This document shows positions 48,288 to 58,017 of a stretch of DNA of 64,000 nt, in pieces. The DNA is from a virus. Both the position numbers and the translations under genes were made by a program. The stretch spans positions 15,828 through 79,827 of IMG/VR virus record IMGVR_UViG_3300019776_000657. The stretch is one strand, 5' to 3'. Within the stretch, counting starts at the first letter, position 1, and every line of letters starts with the position of its first letter. The notes beneath the pieces are model-generated. The model did no database searches, was not told the DNA's origin, and saw nothing but the letters and a program-made list of their open reading frames with translations.

Positions 48288-49415
48288 TTAAGCTGCGTAG
48301 TAGCTGACAGTAGCTTCGTTAGCTGCTTCGATATTGTATGTATCGGTTGTGCTATCAGTAAATCCATGAGCGGTAAAGTTAATAGTCGTACTAACAACCT
48401 GCTCTGCAGCAACTGTTGGAATAGCCAACATTCCAGCGGGAACTTCTATTACTACCTTATTGCTATTAGAACTTCCACCAATAGAAATGGTTGTCTTATA
48501 GGCTGGAGCTACTTCTGTGGCGCTGCCTGTTAACAAGTCACTAAGAATAGCACCTGTATCTGTACCGCCTGTGCGCAAGTATGCGGTCAAGGTACCAGTA
48601 ATTGCGCGAGTTCCTGTAAAGTAGGTAACAGGTTTATTTACAGTTCCCAGATTAGCTGGTGTTAAATACGTTAAGTTATTGGCAAATGTAATACTACCAC
48701 CAGTGATAGGTATATTATAATCTGTGGCACCACCACCATTAATACCCTTGGTCATAGTTACAGTACTTAACTTGTTGGCCAAATATCCAGCAGTAGTATC
48801 CTTTGTTTTAACACTACCACTTAAAGTGCCACCTCCAAGTGTACCATCACTTGCTACTGTTACACCGGTAATTTGACGAATAGCTGTACCACGTCCAGTC
48901 CAAGCAATAGTTGCAATTGCATCTAGTCCAAAGTCAATAGTGGCTTGATCAAGAGCACAGTTATCGATCAAGTATGCTACGTTGTCTACCAACATAATCA
49001 TACCAAAACCCTTTAATTGATGCTGATTTGAGTTAGCAAAGCTCAATGTTGAGGAGGGGCTACCAGGAGTCCAAGCATCTGTAGCACCACGACCTGTTGC
49101 AAAAGCATTCCATAAAACGCTTTCTTCGCAGATTACATTAGTAGATAACTTTGGTCTAATATAGGTTGAAAATGTAAACTCTACTGGTTCCAGAGCTGTG
49201 TTAAAAGCTCTTTGACCACGATTAGGAGTACTACCTGCCTCGTTTAGAGTTACTGTTTCTGTTGTTGTATTTTGTGAAAAACTAAATCCATCCAATACTT
49301 GGATTTCAAAAGTATCTGCGTTATCAAAGCCGCTTGCAGCAACCACACCAGTAGCAGTATCTACTAGATTGGTTGTGAAAAACACGCGACTATTACGTAC
49401 TAAATTTAATGCCAT
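48288..49415 (-). CDS. major tail tube protein (T5 pb6-like)
   Basis: EIQVLDGFSFSQ..TLNEAG..RG...FNTALEP.EF.FSTY.RP. Confidence 0.9.
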   Translation of the reverse strand: MALNLVRNSRVFFTTNLVDTATGVVAASGFDNADTFEIQVLDGFSFSQNTTTETVTLNEAGSTPNRGQRAFNTALEPVEFTFSTYIRPKLSTNVICEESVLWNAFATGRGATDAWTPGSPSSTLSFANSNQHQLKGFGMIMLVDNVAYLIDNCALDQATIDFGLDAIATIAWTGRGTAIRQITGVTVASDGTLGGGTLSGSVKTKDTTAGYLANKLSTVTMTKGINGGGATDYNIPITGGSITFANNLTYLTPANLGTVNKPVTYFTGTRAITGTLTAYLRTGGTDTGAILSDLLTGSATEVAPAYKTTISIGGSSNSNKVVIEVPAGMLAIPTVAAEQVVSTTINFTAHGFTDSTTDTYNIEAANEATVSYYAA

Positions 49416-49488
49416 GGCAATTCCTTTATGGTATTATACCACTTGACCTTTGCTAGATATTTATCTGCGTTGGCTTTGGGTATTGTTT

Positions 49489-49926
49489 CTACATGATCTC
49501 GTATCGAACTTGTAGATTTATTTCTCCGACTGCATACGGAGCTAGCAAACCCTCATCTGTGGTTATGCTGGTGATCAAAATTTCTGTGGTTTCATAGCCA
49601 TTGGTTTCGTCATAGACTAGTACCCGGTTACTATCTACACAGTTCTCTACGTCTTCTAGTAGAGTTTCTAATTGTTCTTGGCTGTTATCGCCCTTGCAAT
49701 ACAGCTTCAATGCAATTCCCAGAAATCCCCACTTAAAGTCGCTGGGGAGGTACTCTCTCATCTCACTTCCAGGAGTGACATATACCGATGGAAAATTATT
49801 ACACTCATCCCAAAATACCAACTTGGAGAAAGCTGCACCATAAAGGTTGGTTTGATAAGGGCTGTTGCCGTCTATTGTTTTCAGCTTTTCTGTTAATGCT
49901 TTTACTATACTGGTTCTTCTAGACAT
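49489..49926 (-). CDS. tail terminator protein (T5 p142-like)
   Basis: SRRTSI..E.REYLP..ITTDEGLL.PY; synteny. Confidence 0.82.
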   Translation of the reverse strand: MSRRTSIVKALTEKLKTIDGNSPYQTNLYGAAFSKLVFWDECNNFPSVYVTPGSEMREYLPSDFKWGFLGIALKLYCKGDNSQEQLETLLEDVENCVDSNRVLVYDETNGYETTEILITSITTDEGLLAPYAVGEINLQVRYEIM

Positions 49927-51637
49927 TGACAGCCCTCATACGGTTACTTACTACACTCTGGGCAATTTCCCGGATTGACTTACTTATCAGCAATTTAGGG
50001 TCTCTGGAGGCAGGACTTGACTGTCGTCCACCTTTGGAAAAAGTTGCATAAGGATTCTTCATATAACTGTAAAATGCAGTTATCATGCCTTCACGACTTT
50101 CGCTCATTCTTTCAACTTTAACAGAACTGGCAAATCTACCTGTACGATAATTTAACACATCACGTCTATTACCGGTGCCCATGTTTTGTTTGATCTGGTC
50201 GTATAGGTTGCGATTGATAAGATTTAATAAACTAGATAAATTTAGTGCACTTTCTGGTTGTACTACTATATTCGCTTTGGGCGTAACTTTTGAGCGTGCT
50301 TTAGCCTTGGACTTTGTTCTATTTTTAGATAAAGCTGCTGAAGTAAGTTTATTTATATCGAGACCAGTACCCTTAAATCTGCTATTTTGTGTATAGTCTA
50401 CGCCTTCTTTACCTGTAAGTGTTTCTATCAAAGATTGCTTAATATAATCAACCAATGTTTTTGAGCTCTCTGCTACTGGCAATATATTAGCAACTTCTGC
50501 AAAAGCTTCGGCACCGCTTCTAGATTTTATTACATCAACAAGGGCTTGCTCACCTATTTGCCCTACAATACCTCGAATTGCAGCCTGTTCTTGAGGACCA
50601 AGAATTGCACTATTAAAGGTACCTTCCATAGATACTACAAAATTAAATTGTAAGTCTAAAAAAACTCCTGCTCTTTTTGCAAATTTCTTTGTTAGCCTTA
50701 TACCGTGTTCTACATGTAATGGTAGGCTACCAATTGCATTTTCTATATTCTGTAGATTATTTGAGGCAATTCCAGCAATAATACCAGAAGGCATATTTAT
50801 ACCCAGTAACGAGTTATCTTGGTATATGCCAACGTGTCCGGCGTGAACTAAATTACCTACTTCTACTTTGTTAAACTCTACTAACTCTGAAAGGGCTTTA
50901 AATTCTTTATCTAGAGCTTTTTGAATACTAATATTTATATTCTTGACGCCTTGATTAAAATTAAAAGCTACAAATGGTATTCTATTGTTTAAATTTTGTA
51001 TCATATTTTCGGGATCTTCTATTACCGAAATACCTACAATATTTAATTCTCTTCTTATTTCTGCTCCAGCTTTAGCTGCAGCAGCCCTAAAGTCAGCATA
51101 TACTTTATTCTTTTTTGTTTCTGCCTGTTGTAATTCTCTTAACATTGCAAAATAAGTAGTTTTAGCAGTATTAAGCAAAGTATCAGTGTTTATTTTTTTA
51201 AAATCAGTAATTAGTGTATCAGCAATACTTTTTTCTAGCTTATTTTGAAAATTAGATATTTCGGCCCTATTTACCTTTTTAAATGTCCTTACAATCCTGG
51301 CGAATCTTTTTTCATCTTGCGGACTATCAGAAAATAGTGGTATTCTATTGTTACTATCCAAAGATTTGGAATATATTTTAGAAATATACTTGTTATTTCC
51401 GTCGTTACTAAATAAAGCAGAAATAATAGTAGTAGCTATCAACTGTGGGTCTACTAAATATATGCTAGGTGAATTAGCTCGTAAAACATCATTAAATTTA
51501 GTTTTAGAATCAGCAACTGAAACTTTTGCTCTTAGTGCCAATTCTCTGGCTTTTCTCTTCATACCATTTAAAATTGAACCCATCATTAAGTCTGGAATTC
51601 TTCTAGCATGGAGCCTTCTATATCTTAGGGAATCCAT
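49919..51637 (-). CDS. tail completion protein (T5 p143-like C-domain) with long N-terminal extension
   Basis: LNYRTGRFASS..YMKNPY.TF..RDP.LLI..SIREIA. Confidence 0.75.
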   Translation of the reverse strand: MDSLRYRRLHARRIPDLMMGSILNGMKRKARELALRAKVSVADSKTKFNDVLRANSPSIYLVDPQLIATTIISALFSNDGNNKYISKIYSKSLDSNNRIPLFSDSPQDEKRFARIVRTFKKVNRAEISNFQNKLEKSIADTLITDFKKINTDTLLNTAKTTYFAMLRELQQAETKKNKVYADFRAAAAKAGAEIRRELNIVGISVIEDPENMIQNLNNRIPFVAFNFNQGVKNINISIQKALDKEFKALSELVEFNKVEVGNLVHAGHVGIYQDNSLLGINMPSGIIAGIASNNLQNIENAIGSLPLHVEHGIRLTKKFAKRAGVFLDLQFNFVVSMEGTFNSAILGPQEQAAIRGIVGQIGEQALVDVIKSRSGAEAFAEVANILPVAESSKTLVDYIKQSLIETLTGKEGVDYTQNSRFKGTGLDINKLTSAALSKNRTKSKAKARSKVTPKANIVVQPESALNLSSLLNLINRNLYDQIKQNMGTGNRRDVLNYRTGRFASSVKVERMSESREGMITAFYSYMKNPYATFSKGGRQSSPASRDPKLLISKSIREIAQSVVSNRMRAVNV

Positions 51638-51638
51638 A

Positions 51639-52211
51639 TCAGTTGTAATTCATTACGTATAGATCCAACACTCGTTTAATATGTGTTGGTAGATTTGTCT
51701 GACTCAAGTACTGAACTTGTGCATTTCCACTACTCACTGCAACACTGCTGTGAACTGCACCTTCATGCTTCATGTAGTAGGTTACCAAATCTAGTACAGC
51801 TAGCTTTAAGTCTTCTGGTATAACTTCAAATCCAGCGGTGTAGTTTACCTTATAACCATTGATATAATCTGGAAAGTACTTCAAAGGGTTGAGTGGAAGT
51901 ATTTGTTGGTTCTTTACATCCAATACCCAGCCACTAAACTCACTCAGTTCAGTGTAACTCTGACCATAATTTGTACTGACTTCAACACTCTGTATTTGAA
52001 TCACTGGTGTTTCTGCTAGTATAAACTCGCTACCACCACCAAACATTTCTGTCTTGGTTTCGTCTACCCAGTCTATAAAAGTGCGACGGCAAATATTTTT
52101 AACAAACTCGCTGACTTTTGGTATTGTTGTGGCTATTTCGGCGTCTTGTGAAGGGCTACTAATACCCTGATAGGCTTTGTACTCAGCCAGAGTAATTAAA
52201 CTAGTTCCCAT
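51639..52211 (-). CDS. head completion/head-tail adaptor
   Basis: AAGGAG RBS; ITLAEYKAY..YTAGF..IPEDLKLA..P.HIKRVLDLY. Confidence 0.85.
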   Translation of the reverse strand: MGTSLITLAEYKAYQGISSPSQDAEIATTIPKVSEFVKNICRRTFIDWVDETKTEMFGGGSEFILAETPVIQIQSVEVSTNYGQSYTELSEFSGWVLDVKNQQILPLNPLKYFPDYINGYKVNYTAGFEVIPEDLKLAVLDLVTYYMKHEGAVHSSVAVSSGNAQVQYLSQTNLPTHIKRVLDLYVMNYN

Positions 52212-52255
52212 ACCATCTCCTTGGTTTTTCCAAAGAGCTGAAGTCAACTCTTTGG

Positions 52256-52286
52256 AAAAACCGGGGACCTTTCAGTCCCCAGTTTT
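52256..52286 (-). terminator. intrinsic terminator after capsid gene
   Basis: GGGGAC/GTCCCC hairpin plus T-tract on minus strand. Confidence 0.8.
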
Positions 52287-52290
52287 ATGA

Positions 52291-54201
52291 TTAAGCTACG
52301 TAACGTAGGGCGCTTACGCCGTCTCCGTTATTTGTTGTAACTTGTGTCATGCCGGTGCGTAGTGAAGCAACCATTACACGACGTTGTGTTTCAACTAGGT
52401 CTTGTGTGTCAACACGTAGACCACGCTGATTTCCAACTAGGAAGTTCATAGGAGCATAGGCAACGGCGCCAACAGCACCAGCAGCCTTGTCTTCGAACTC
52501 AGCACTTACCAATACTGGTGAATTGGCAACAGTTCCAATTTGACCAGTTAGGATAGTAGCACTTGTACCAACCTTGTCCATTGTCATGAAGCTGGTGTCT
52601 TCTAGTAGGTCATAGTAACCTTCTGTAGAAACAACATAGATAACTTCAGCAGGATCTAGACCCCAGGCACCTAGGTCACGACGTAGACTACGTAGTGAAG
52701 TAACGGTTAGCTTGGCAGCATCGCTGATATCTAGTGTTACGGCGCTAGAGGCGTCATAAGTAGAAAGACCCTTAACAGGATCAGCACCAGCACCAGCACC
52801 ACGTAGCATAGCACGGTCAACAGCGCGAGCAACACGGCGAACCATGGCGTCACGGATAACAGGCATGATTGCCAATAGAGCGTCTTCTTCTTCTTCAAAG
52901 GCGACATACTCATTTGTAGCAACCTTGTATGCACTCAAAGTGATTTCTTTTAGTGTGTGAGTAGCATTATTACCAGCACTATTGGCTGTGCCAAACTGAG
53001 CATTCTGAACCCAAGATGCTACACCTGCTTCTGGATTTAGAGGAATCTTCATTACATTGGTCTGCATGTTGATACCACGTAGGGTAGGAGCAACAACTAG
53101 ACGACGACGTACTTCGTTTTCCATTGTTAGGGATACTTCGGTTTCCCATGTGGCTGAAGGAACGTGAGCACCGTACTTTTGTACCATTTGGCCACCAAAA
53201 CGAGTGGTCTCAATGCTCTTGCCAGCCATCTTGGCTAACAATACGGCCTTTTCCTTGTCTTGATAAGACATTTCGCCAGACTTGTTGTCAGCAAATGTCA
53301 TCTTGCTCTTCTGGATGGCTTCTAGTTCAGTAGCCTTTTCCTTTAGAGCGGCTTCTAGACCTTCTAAAGCACTCTTGTTGCTGTCACGCTCTTGTTGTAG
53401 GCGCTTTTCGACTTCAGCTAGTAGCTTTTCTGAACCACTCTGACCAACTTCGATCTGAGCTTGTACAGCAGCCTTAACACGGCTTTCAATTTCAGCCTGA
53501 CGGGCTGTTTCTTGTGCCTTGGCTTGTACCTCGGCTTGTTGACGGGCTTCAATAGCCTTGGTAGCTTGTTCGGCAGCTTCACGAGCGGCTTGGGCAAGCA
53601 TTTGCTTGATTTCTTCTGGATTCATATTCCATTCCTTTTTAACATCGCGATCTGCTTCCGTAGAACACTCTAGCCCTTTAGCTGATTGGCCTTGAGTTGC
53701 AAATTGCTCTTTATAACGCTTGTAATCTTCAGCACTATCAAATGCTTTACTTAGATCAAAAAGAGTATTTTGATTTGCAGGCACTGAAACGACGGAAATT
53801 TCCACCAATTCCAAGTCCTTGATTAGAAACACTTCAGCCGCTGAGTTATACTCAGCATCCAACACCCTGAAGCCGATAGAGAAAGCTGTTAAGATTCCAT
53901 CTTTTATAAGTTGGAACTGCTTAGCAGCCGTTGAAATTCTTGCTTTAATCCACAAACCTTTATTATCCGATTTATGTTCTGTCATACGTCCGATCGGATT
54001 ACTGTGATCGTGGTAAGCTAGAATAACTGGATTTTTCAGGTAGTTCTGCATTCCTTTTTCCCAGACTGAACTGGGAACAACATCACCGTGACGATCCACA
54101 TCAACTGTACTTGCGTACCCTTCGATATGGATTGAACCTTCGGCACTGTCTGCAGCTTTGATGGAAAAAGCACTATTTAAATGTAGTACTTTATCTTTCA
54201 T
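52291..54201 (-). CDS. HK97-type prohead protease fused in frame to major capsid protein
   Basis: IEGYAST..D..GD..LAYHD..FSIGF..EISVVSVPAN, then coiled-coil delta domain and capsid; internal RBS+ATG at 53625. Confidence 0.9.
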   Translation of the reverse strand: MKDKVLHLNSAFSIKAADSAEGSIHIEGYASTVDVDRHGDVVPSSVWEKGMQNYLKNPVILAYHDHSNPIGRMTEHKSDNKGLWIKARISTAAKQFQLIKDGILTAFSIGFRVLDAEYNSAAEVFLIKDLELVEISVVSVPANQNTLFDLSKAFDSAEDYKRYKEQFATQGQSAKGLECSTEADRDVKKEWNMNPEEIKQMLAQAAREAAEQATKAIEARQQAEVQAKAQETARQAEIESRVKAAVQAQIEVGQSGSEKLLAEVEKRLQQERDSNKSALEGLEAALKEKATELEAIQKSKMTFADNKSGEMSYQDKEKAVLLAKMAGKSIETTRFGGQMVQKYGAHVPSATWETEVSLTMENEVRRRLVVAPTLRGINMQTNVMKIPLNPEAGVASWVQNAQFGTANSAGNNATHTLKEITLSAYKVATNEYVAFEEEEDALLAIMPVIRDAMVRRVARAVDRAMLRGAGAGADPVKGLSTYDASSAVTLDISDAAKLTVTSLRSLRRDLGAWGLDPAEVIYVVSTEGYYDLLEDTSFMTMDKVGTSATILTGQIGTVANSPVLVSAEFEDKAAGAVGAVAYAPMNFLVGNQRGLRVDTQDLVETQRRVMVASLRTGMTQVTTNNGDGVSALRYVA

Positions 54202-54213
54202 AGGCTCCTTACC

Positions 54214-55401
54214 TCAATTTTGCGGAGGCTTTTTAGGCGCTCCTCCCACGCTAGGATTACTTGCACTACCAGCAATATTTGCTGGTACTCGCAGGTCACT
54301 GTGACCTGGTTTTTCTTCATAACGTAGTTCTACACGGGCCTCGTTGGGACTTAATACCCCACCATTGACCAGAGTAGTATAGTAAGCAGCCACATCTTTC
54401 AATTCTGGCTGCAGTGCGGAAACGTTGCTAGTCACTGCCTGAACATCGTATCCGAAAAATCTTTCCATTGCACTAACGTACTTGTTTACAATAGGTATTA
54501 CTGTTTCTAAATAGAACAGTCGTAGGTTGGGTGCTATGTTAGCGTTGTTGCCACCGTCTAATAGTATAGGGGGCACACCAAGGCTCTTCAACACCTTGGT
54601 ATCATGGGTTTTGAGACTGGTATCAAAATCCATTTCTTTGAATGAGTCGGAGAACTCGCCCCAGGGCTTTAATCCACTGTCTAAGATCATGGGCTTTTTG
54701 GCACCGTTCTTGGGTGAATACTGAGTTTTCCAATTTTGAATTGTTCGTTCTTTGGCCTGTTGTGAGAGAGTATTCTCACTGGTCAAGATCAGTCCCATTA
54801 CAGCACCGTTTTCAAAGAATTGTTCTTGAAACGTCTGCATCTTATACATGATCTTGATGTTGCGGTCGGCTGAGACTAACCGGCTAGTACCGCGGTAGAT
54901 TGAGTCACTGCTCAAATCTTTGATGTGAATGACTTCGTCTGGTTTGAACTTGACCTCATTGTTATAAGTGTATCCTCTTATAAAAGTTTTAGGGTCTGTT
55001 TCAATTACTACCCGATTTGCTGGAAGGTGATACATGTAAGCACCGTCCCAGTAGATAAATATGTTACCGTCCAATATAAAGTCAGTAAATATGTTGGTAC
55101 GAAAATCTACTGCACTCTGATACGGATTAGGAGTATAGTTCAACAACTTACTCAGGGTCTTTTGACGAACACCGCTGATGACGGCGTCTGCCTTACTGTC
55201 CTTAACATCGAAGTCTAAACTGCTGCAAGCACTAACTATCATGTTAGTGCCACGGTTAACAGTTTCCAACTTGTTAAAAGCCTGAAGGTAAGTAATGATG
55301 TGATCACCACTGATTGTGTTACCCTCTTCACGACTGATAACATACTGGGCAGGATTCATTTTCTCTACCACCCAGGCTCTAGCATCTTTTATCCAGCCCA
55401 T
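54214..55401 (-). CDS. portal protein (HK97/T5 pb7-like)
   Basis: LLNYTPNPYQ, DGN, VIHIK, FFENGA, LGVPP, SPNEAR. Confidence 0.93.
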   Translation of the reverse strand: MGWIKDARAWVVEKMNPAQYVISREEGNTISGDHIITYLQAFNKLETVNRGTNMIVSACSSLDFDVKDSKADAVISGVRQKTLSKLLNYTPNPYQSAVDFRTNIFTDFILDGNIFIYWDGAYMYHLPANRVVIETDPKTFIRGYTYNNEVKFKPDEVIHIKDLSSDSIYRGTSRLVSADRNIKIMYKMQTFQEQFFENGAVMGLILTSENTLSQQAKERTIQNWKTQYSPKNGAKKPMILDSGLKPWGEFSDSFKEMDFDTSLKTHDTKVLKSLGVPPILLDGGNNANIAPNLRLFYLETVIPIVNKYVSAMERFFGYDVQAVTSNVSALQPELKDVAAYYTTLVNGGVLSPNEARVELRYEEKPGHSDLRVPANIAGSASNPSVGGAPKKPPQN

Positions 55402-55408
55402 ATTCACC

Positions 55409-55834
55409 TCAATAAAAATCGCTAAAACTACCTGTCACCTTTGGCTTTTCGTCACGAGGTAATAAGGTCTTAGCCTTTTGAGTTTCTATCCAGTGGTTCT
55501 GTTTCAAGGCAGTGGAAAGTGGTGGTGCTTTACCGTACACTCCGTGCAAGGCTATATGATGACGGTTACACAGTGTGTAAACATCTTCATATATTTCCTT
55601 GTGGTGGTGTTCGATAAACTCGTCTCGGTTGGCCAAGACGGCTTCATCACTAGAGAAGTCACGACCAGTTTTTTCAATCCAACGCTCTAAAAGCAGTGTC
55701 ACTGAATGCGTATGATGTAGCTCTAAGTCTTGATTAGTCCCACAAATATAGCAGGACTCTTTCTTATCATAAGCACTTTTTGCTCTATCTCTAATCCATT
55801 TGACAGGAATTCTTTTGTTCGTATTCTTAGCCAT
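55409..55834 (-). CDS. HNH endonuclease, T5 nicking-endonuclease-like
   Basis: KWIRD.AKS.Y.K..CYIC..LELHH..TLC..HH..LH; lies between TerL and portal as in T5. Confidence 0.82.
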   Translation of the reverse strand: MAKNTNKRIPVKWIRDRAKSAYDKKESCYICGTNQDLELHHTHSVTLLLERWIEKTGRDFSSDEAVLANRDEFIEHHHKEIYEDVYTLCNRHHIALHGVYGKAPPLSTALKQNHWIETQKAKTLLPRDEKPKVTGSFSDFY

Positions 55835-56528
55835 TTGGTAGAAGTCTCCAACCTTTATGTGTCTTTGCTTTTCCTTGTAAGACTCTACGTAAGGCAGACC
55901 TGTCTAGTAAATGTTCTTCACAAAATTTTAGTAAATTTTTAATAGTGTATATAGTATTTAAAGGAGATATTACTGGAGGATATGACTTTCCTCTGTATTC
56001 TAGTGATTGCGCTCTGTACCGCAATCCTTTTACTGACAGTAATTTTTCATATACTTCTGGTACTGCTTCTTGTAGCCAGTTATGTGAATTAAAACAAGCA
56101 ATATCTCTTACTGTTGTTTCTGGTATACCAACAATGCTAGAAATGTATTTGGCTGTATTTTTTGTATCAGTTAATAATTTGGCTGCTTCTATTATTTGAG
56201 TTTCTGAATATTTAGAATTAGGATTACTAATTCCTTTATTATTATGCATTAACTCAGATAGAGCTATAGTGTTAAATCCGTTATTAACACTATCAAAAAT
56301 CTTAATTGCTTCTTCTTCCAGCTTATCTAACTCAGACGTGGCGCATACACAAAGTATTTCAAGATATGGTTTTCCATACTTATTATATGCTTCTTGAAGC
56401 TTTGCTACGGCTGAACACTTACTAAAACTCAGTATGTGTTGATTAAATCTTCTTTCAATATCAACGCTCTGGCCAATATAGCAATGGTCTGTACCGTTAA
56501 AGCACAGACGATAAATTCCAATAGTCAT
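55827..56528 (-). CDS. free-standing GIY-YIG homing endonuclease
   Basis: GIY..YIGQS..RRF..H; THKGWRL tail; paralogous to 10205..10909. Confidence 0.88.
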   Translation of the reverse strand: MTIGIYRLCFNGTDHCYIGQSVDIERRFNQHILSFSKCSAVAKLQEAYNKYGKPYLEILCVCATSELDKLEEEAIKIFDSVNNGFNTIALSELMHNNKGISNPNSKYSETQIIEAAKLLTDTKNTAKYISSIVGIPETTVRDIACFNSHNWLQEAVPEVYEKLLSVKGLRYRAQSLEYRGKSYPPVISPLNTIYTIKNLLKFCEEHLLDRSALRRVLQGKAKTHKGWRLLPNG

Positions 56529-56534
56529 GAAAAT

Positions 56535-56596
56535 CTCCGACAAGATAGTAGCGGTCCGTGTGTCGGCACGATGAAGGGTTAATTAGGCCCACCCGC
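56535..56596 (-). promoter_or_regulatory. putative structured 5' leader (junction plus pseudoknot over the SD)
   Basis: GCGG/CCGC, GGG/CCC, CGTG/CACG stems; loop CCGACA complementary to TGTCGG overlapping GGAG. Confidence 0.55.
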
Positions 56597-56629
56597 AAAA
56601 AAGTTGGTAATACAACTCAAATTAGGGAT

Positions 56630-56658
56630 ATTATAGCATTAAAGGAACCACATGTCAA
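56630..56658 (-). promoter_or_regulatory. consensus sigma70 promoter
   Basis: TTGACA-N17-TATAAT. Confidence 0.85.
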
Positions 56659-56709
56659 AACCTTTTTTGGTGACCCTATTTTTTAAAGTATATGTTTACC
56701 ACTACTGGT

Positions 56710-58017
56710 TCAAATTGTATAAGTGTACAATGCATAACGTAATGCGTCAGCAATGTGTGAAACCTTGCTATGAACCGGTTTTTCTCGGGTTAGGGTCTCA
56801 CGATTGTCCCACTGGTAAGCATTGAACATTTCTATGGTATTGACACAGTGCGGACTCACTTTGATTCGATTTTGCTCTGTTAGGGTCTGTACGTATGCGA
56901 TACCTTCTAGTACCTGCTTTTTAGCTTTGATGGTAGAGATATCGTAACCATATGCTAAATCACCGGCAAACTGAGCAGCAGCCGAGTCGATAAATAAGCC
57001 ACCAGGTAAACCATCCCAACGATCTATAATTTGTTGAAATTTTACGGCATGTTCTGCTGTAGTTTTTTCTGCTTCTAAGTACTCGTCAACTACATGGAAA
57101 GTGTCAGTTTTCGGGTCATAACAAACTACTACCATAGCTGTGGGGTCACGGTATCCGGGATCTATTCCTCCCAGAAACTCTTGACCTTCACTCCGTTCCC
57201 AATCCATAATTAGATTTTCAGAGAACTTGTAGATTTGACCCTCGAACACGTTGAATGACGCCATGTACTCCTGTTCAAACTCGGCCTTCGACATGCTACG
57301 ACGAGCTTCTTCAACGTCGCTCTCCAGCATGCGGTCATTTTCGAGGTAGTCGGCTTGTAACGACACCCACTGAGGGTATTGGTCACTCCACCCACGCTCC
57401 CAAAACTTACTAAACCAGTTATACTTGCCACGCGGCGTACTAATAAAGATAGCCTTCGATCCAGGACGGTCTAGGGTAGGACGCAGTGAAACATTGAAAG
57501 CTTCTTCACCACCATCACCCAGTGCAGCCTCATCAAAGATGATCAAGTTGTAGCTCCGACCCACACTACTATCCACAGTAGTAATGCTACCCATACGAAT
57601 AGTACTGCCGTTTGAGAGCTCAATAACTTTATCTTTTACGTTATCTTTGGTTACTTCCAAGTCAAACTGCTTGATAAACCCGCGCTGTAGGTCAAAACTG
57701 ATCGTCGACAGGTTATAATTGGGACTCATGATCAGGACATTACAACCTGGGATCAACACCACCAGTTGCCCGATCACGTTGGCAATAAAGGTCTTGCCTA
57801 ACCGTCGACTGAGGGCGGCACAAACAAATCGGTAGTTTGGTGAGTTGACAGCATTGATCAGGGCAATTTGCGGACAGTTTAAATTGTCGTAGATGGGTTG
57901 TCCATTAACAGTGGCCAACTTTAAATAGTTGGCAATGGGCAATTTAATAAATCTGGTATCACCCGGATAGTCGGTGATATTGTAACAATCAATGTCTGGA
58001 CGTGATATTTTAAGCAT
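56710..58017 (-). CDS. terL: terminase large subunit (T5-like)
   Basis: SRRLGKT, LIIFDEAA, ISTPRG, GIDPG, HIADALRY. Confidence 0.96.
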   Translation of the reverse strand: MLKISRPDIDCYNITDYPGDTRFIKLPIANYLKLATVNGQPIYDNLNCPQIALINAVNSPNYRFVCAALSRRLGKTFIANVIGQLVVLIPGCNVLIMSPNYNLSTISFDLQRGFIKQFDLEVTKDNVKDKVIELSNGSTIRMGSITTVDSSVGRSYNLIIFDEAALGDGGEEAFNVSLRPTLDRPGSKAIFISTPRGKYNWFSKFWERGWSDQYPQWVSLQADYLENDRMLESDVEEARRSMSKAEFEQEYMASFNVFEGQIYKFSENLIMDWERSEGQEFLGGIDPGYRDPTAMVVVCYDPKTDTFHVVDEYLEAEKTTAEHAVKFQQIIDRWDGLPGGLFIDSAAAQFAGDLAYGYDISTIKAKKQVLEGIAYVQTLTEQNRIKVSPHCVNTIEMFNAYQWDNRETLTREKPVHSKVSHIADALRYALYTYTI

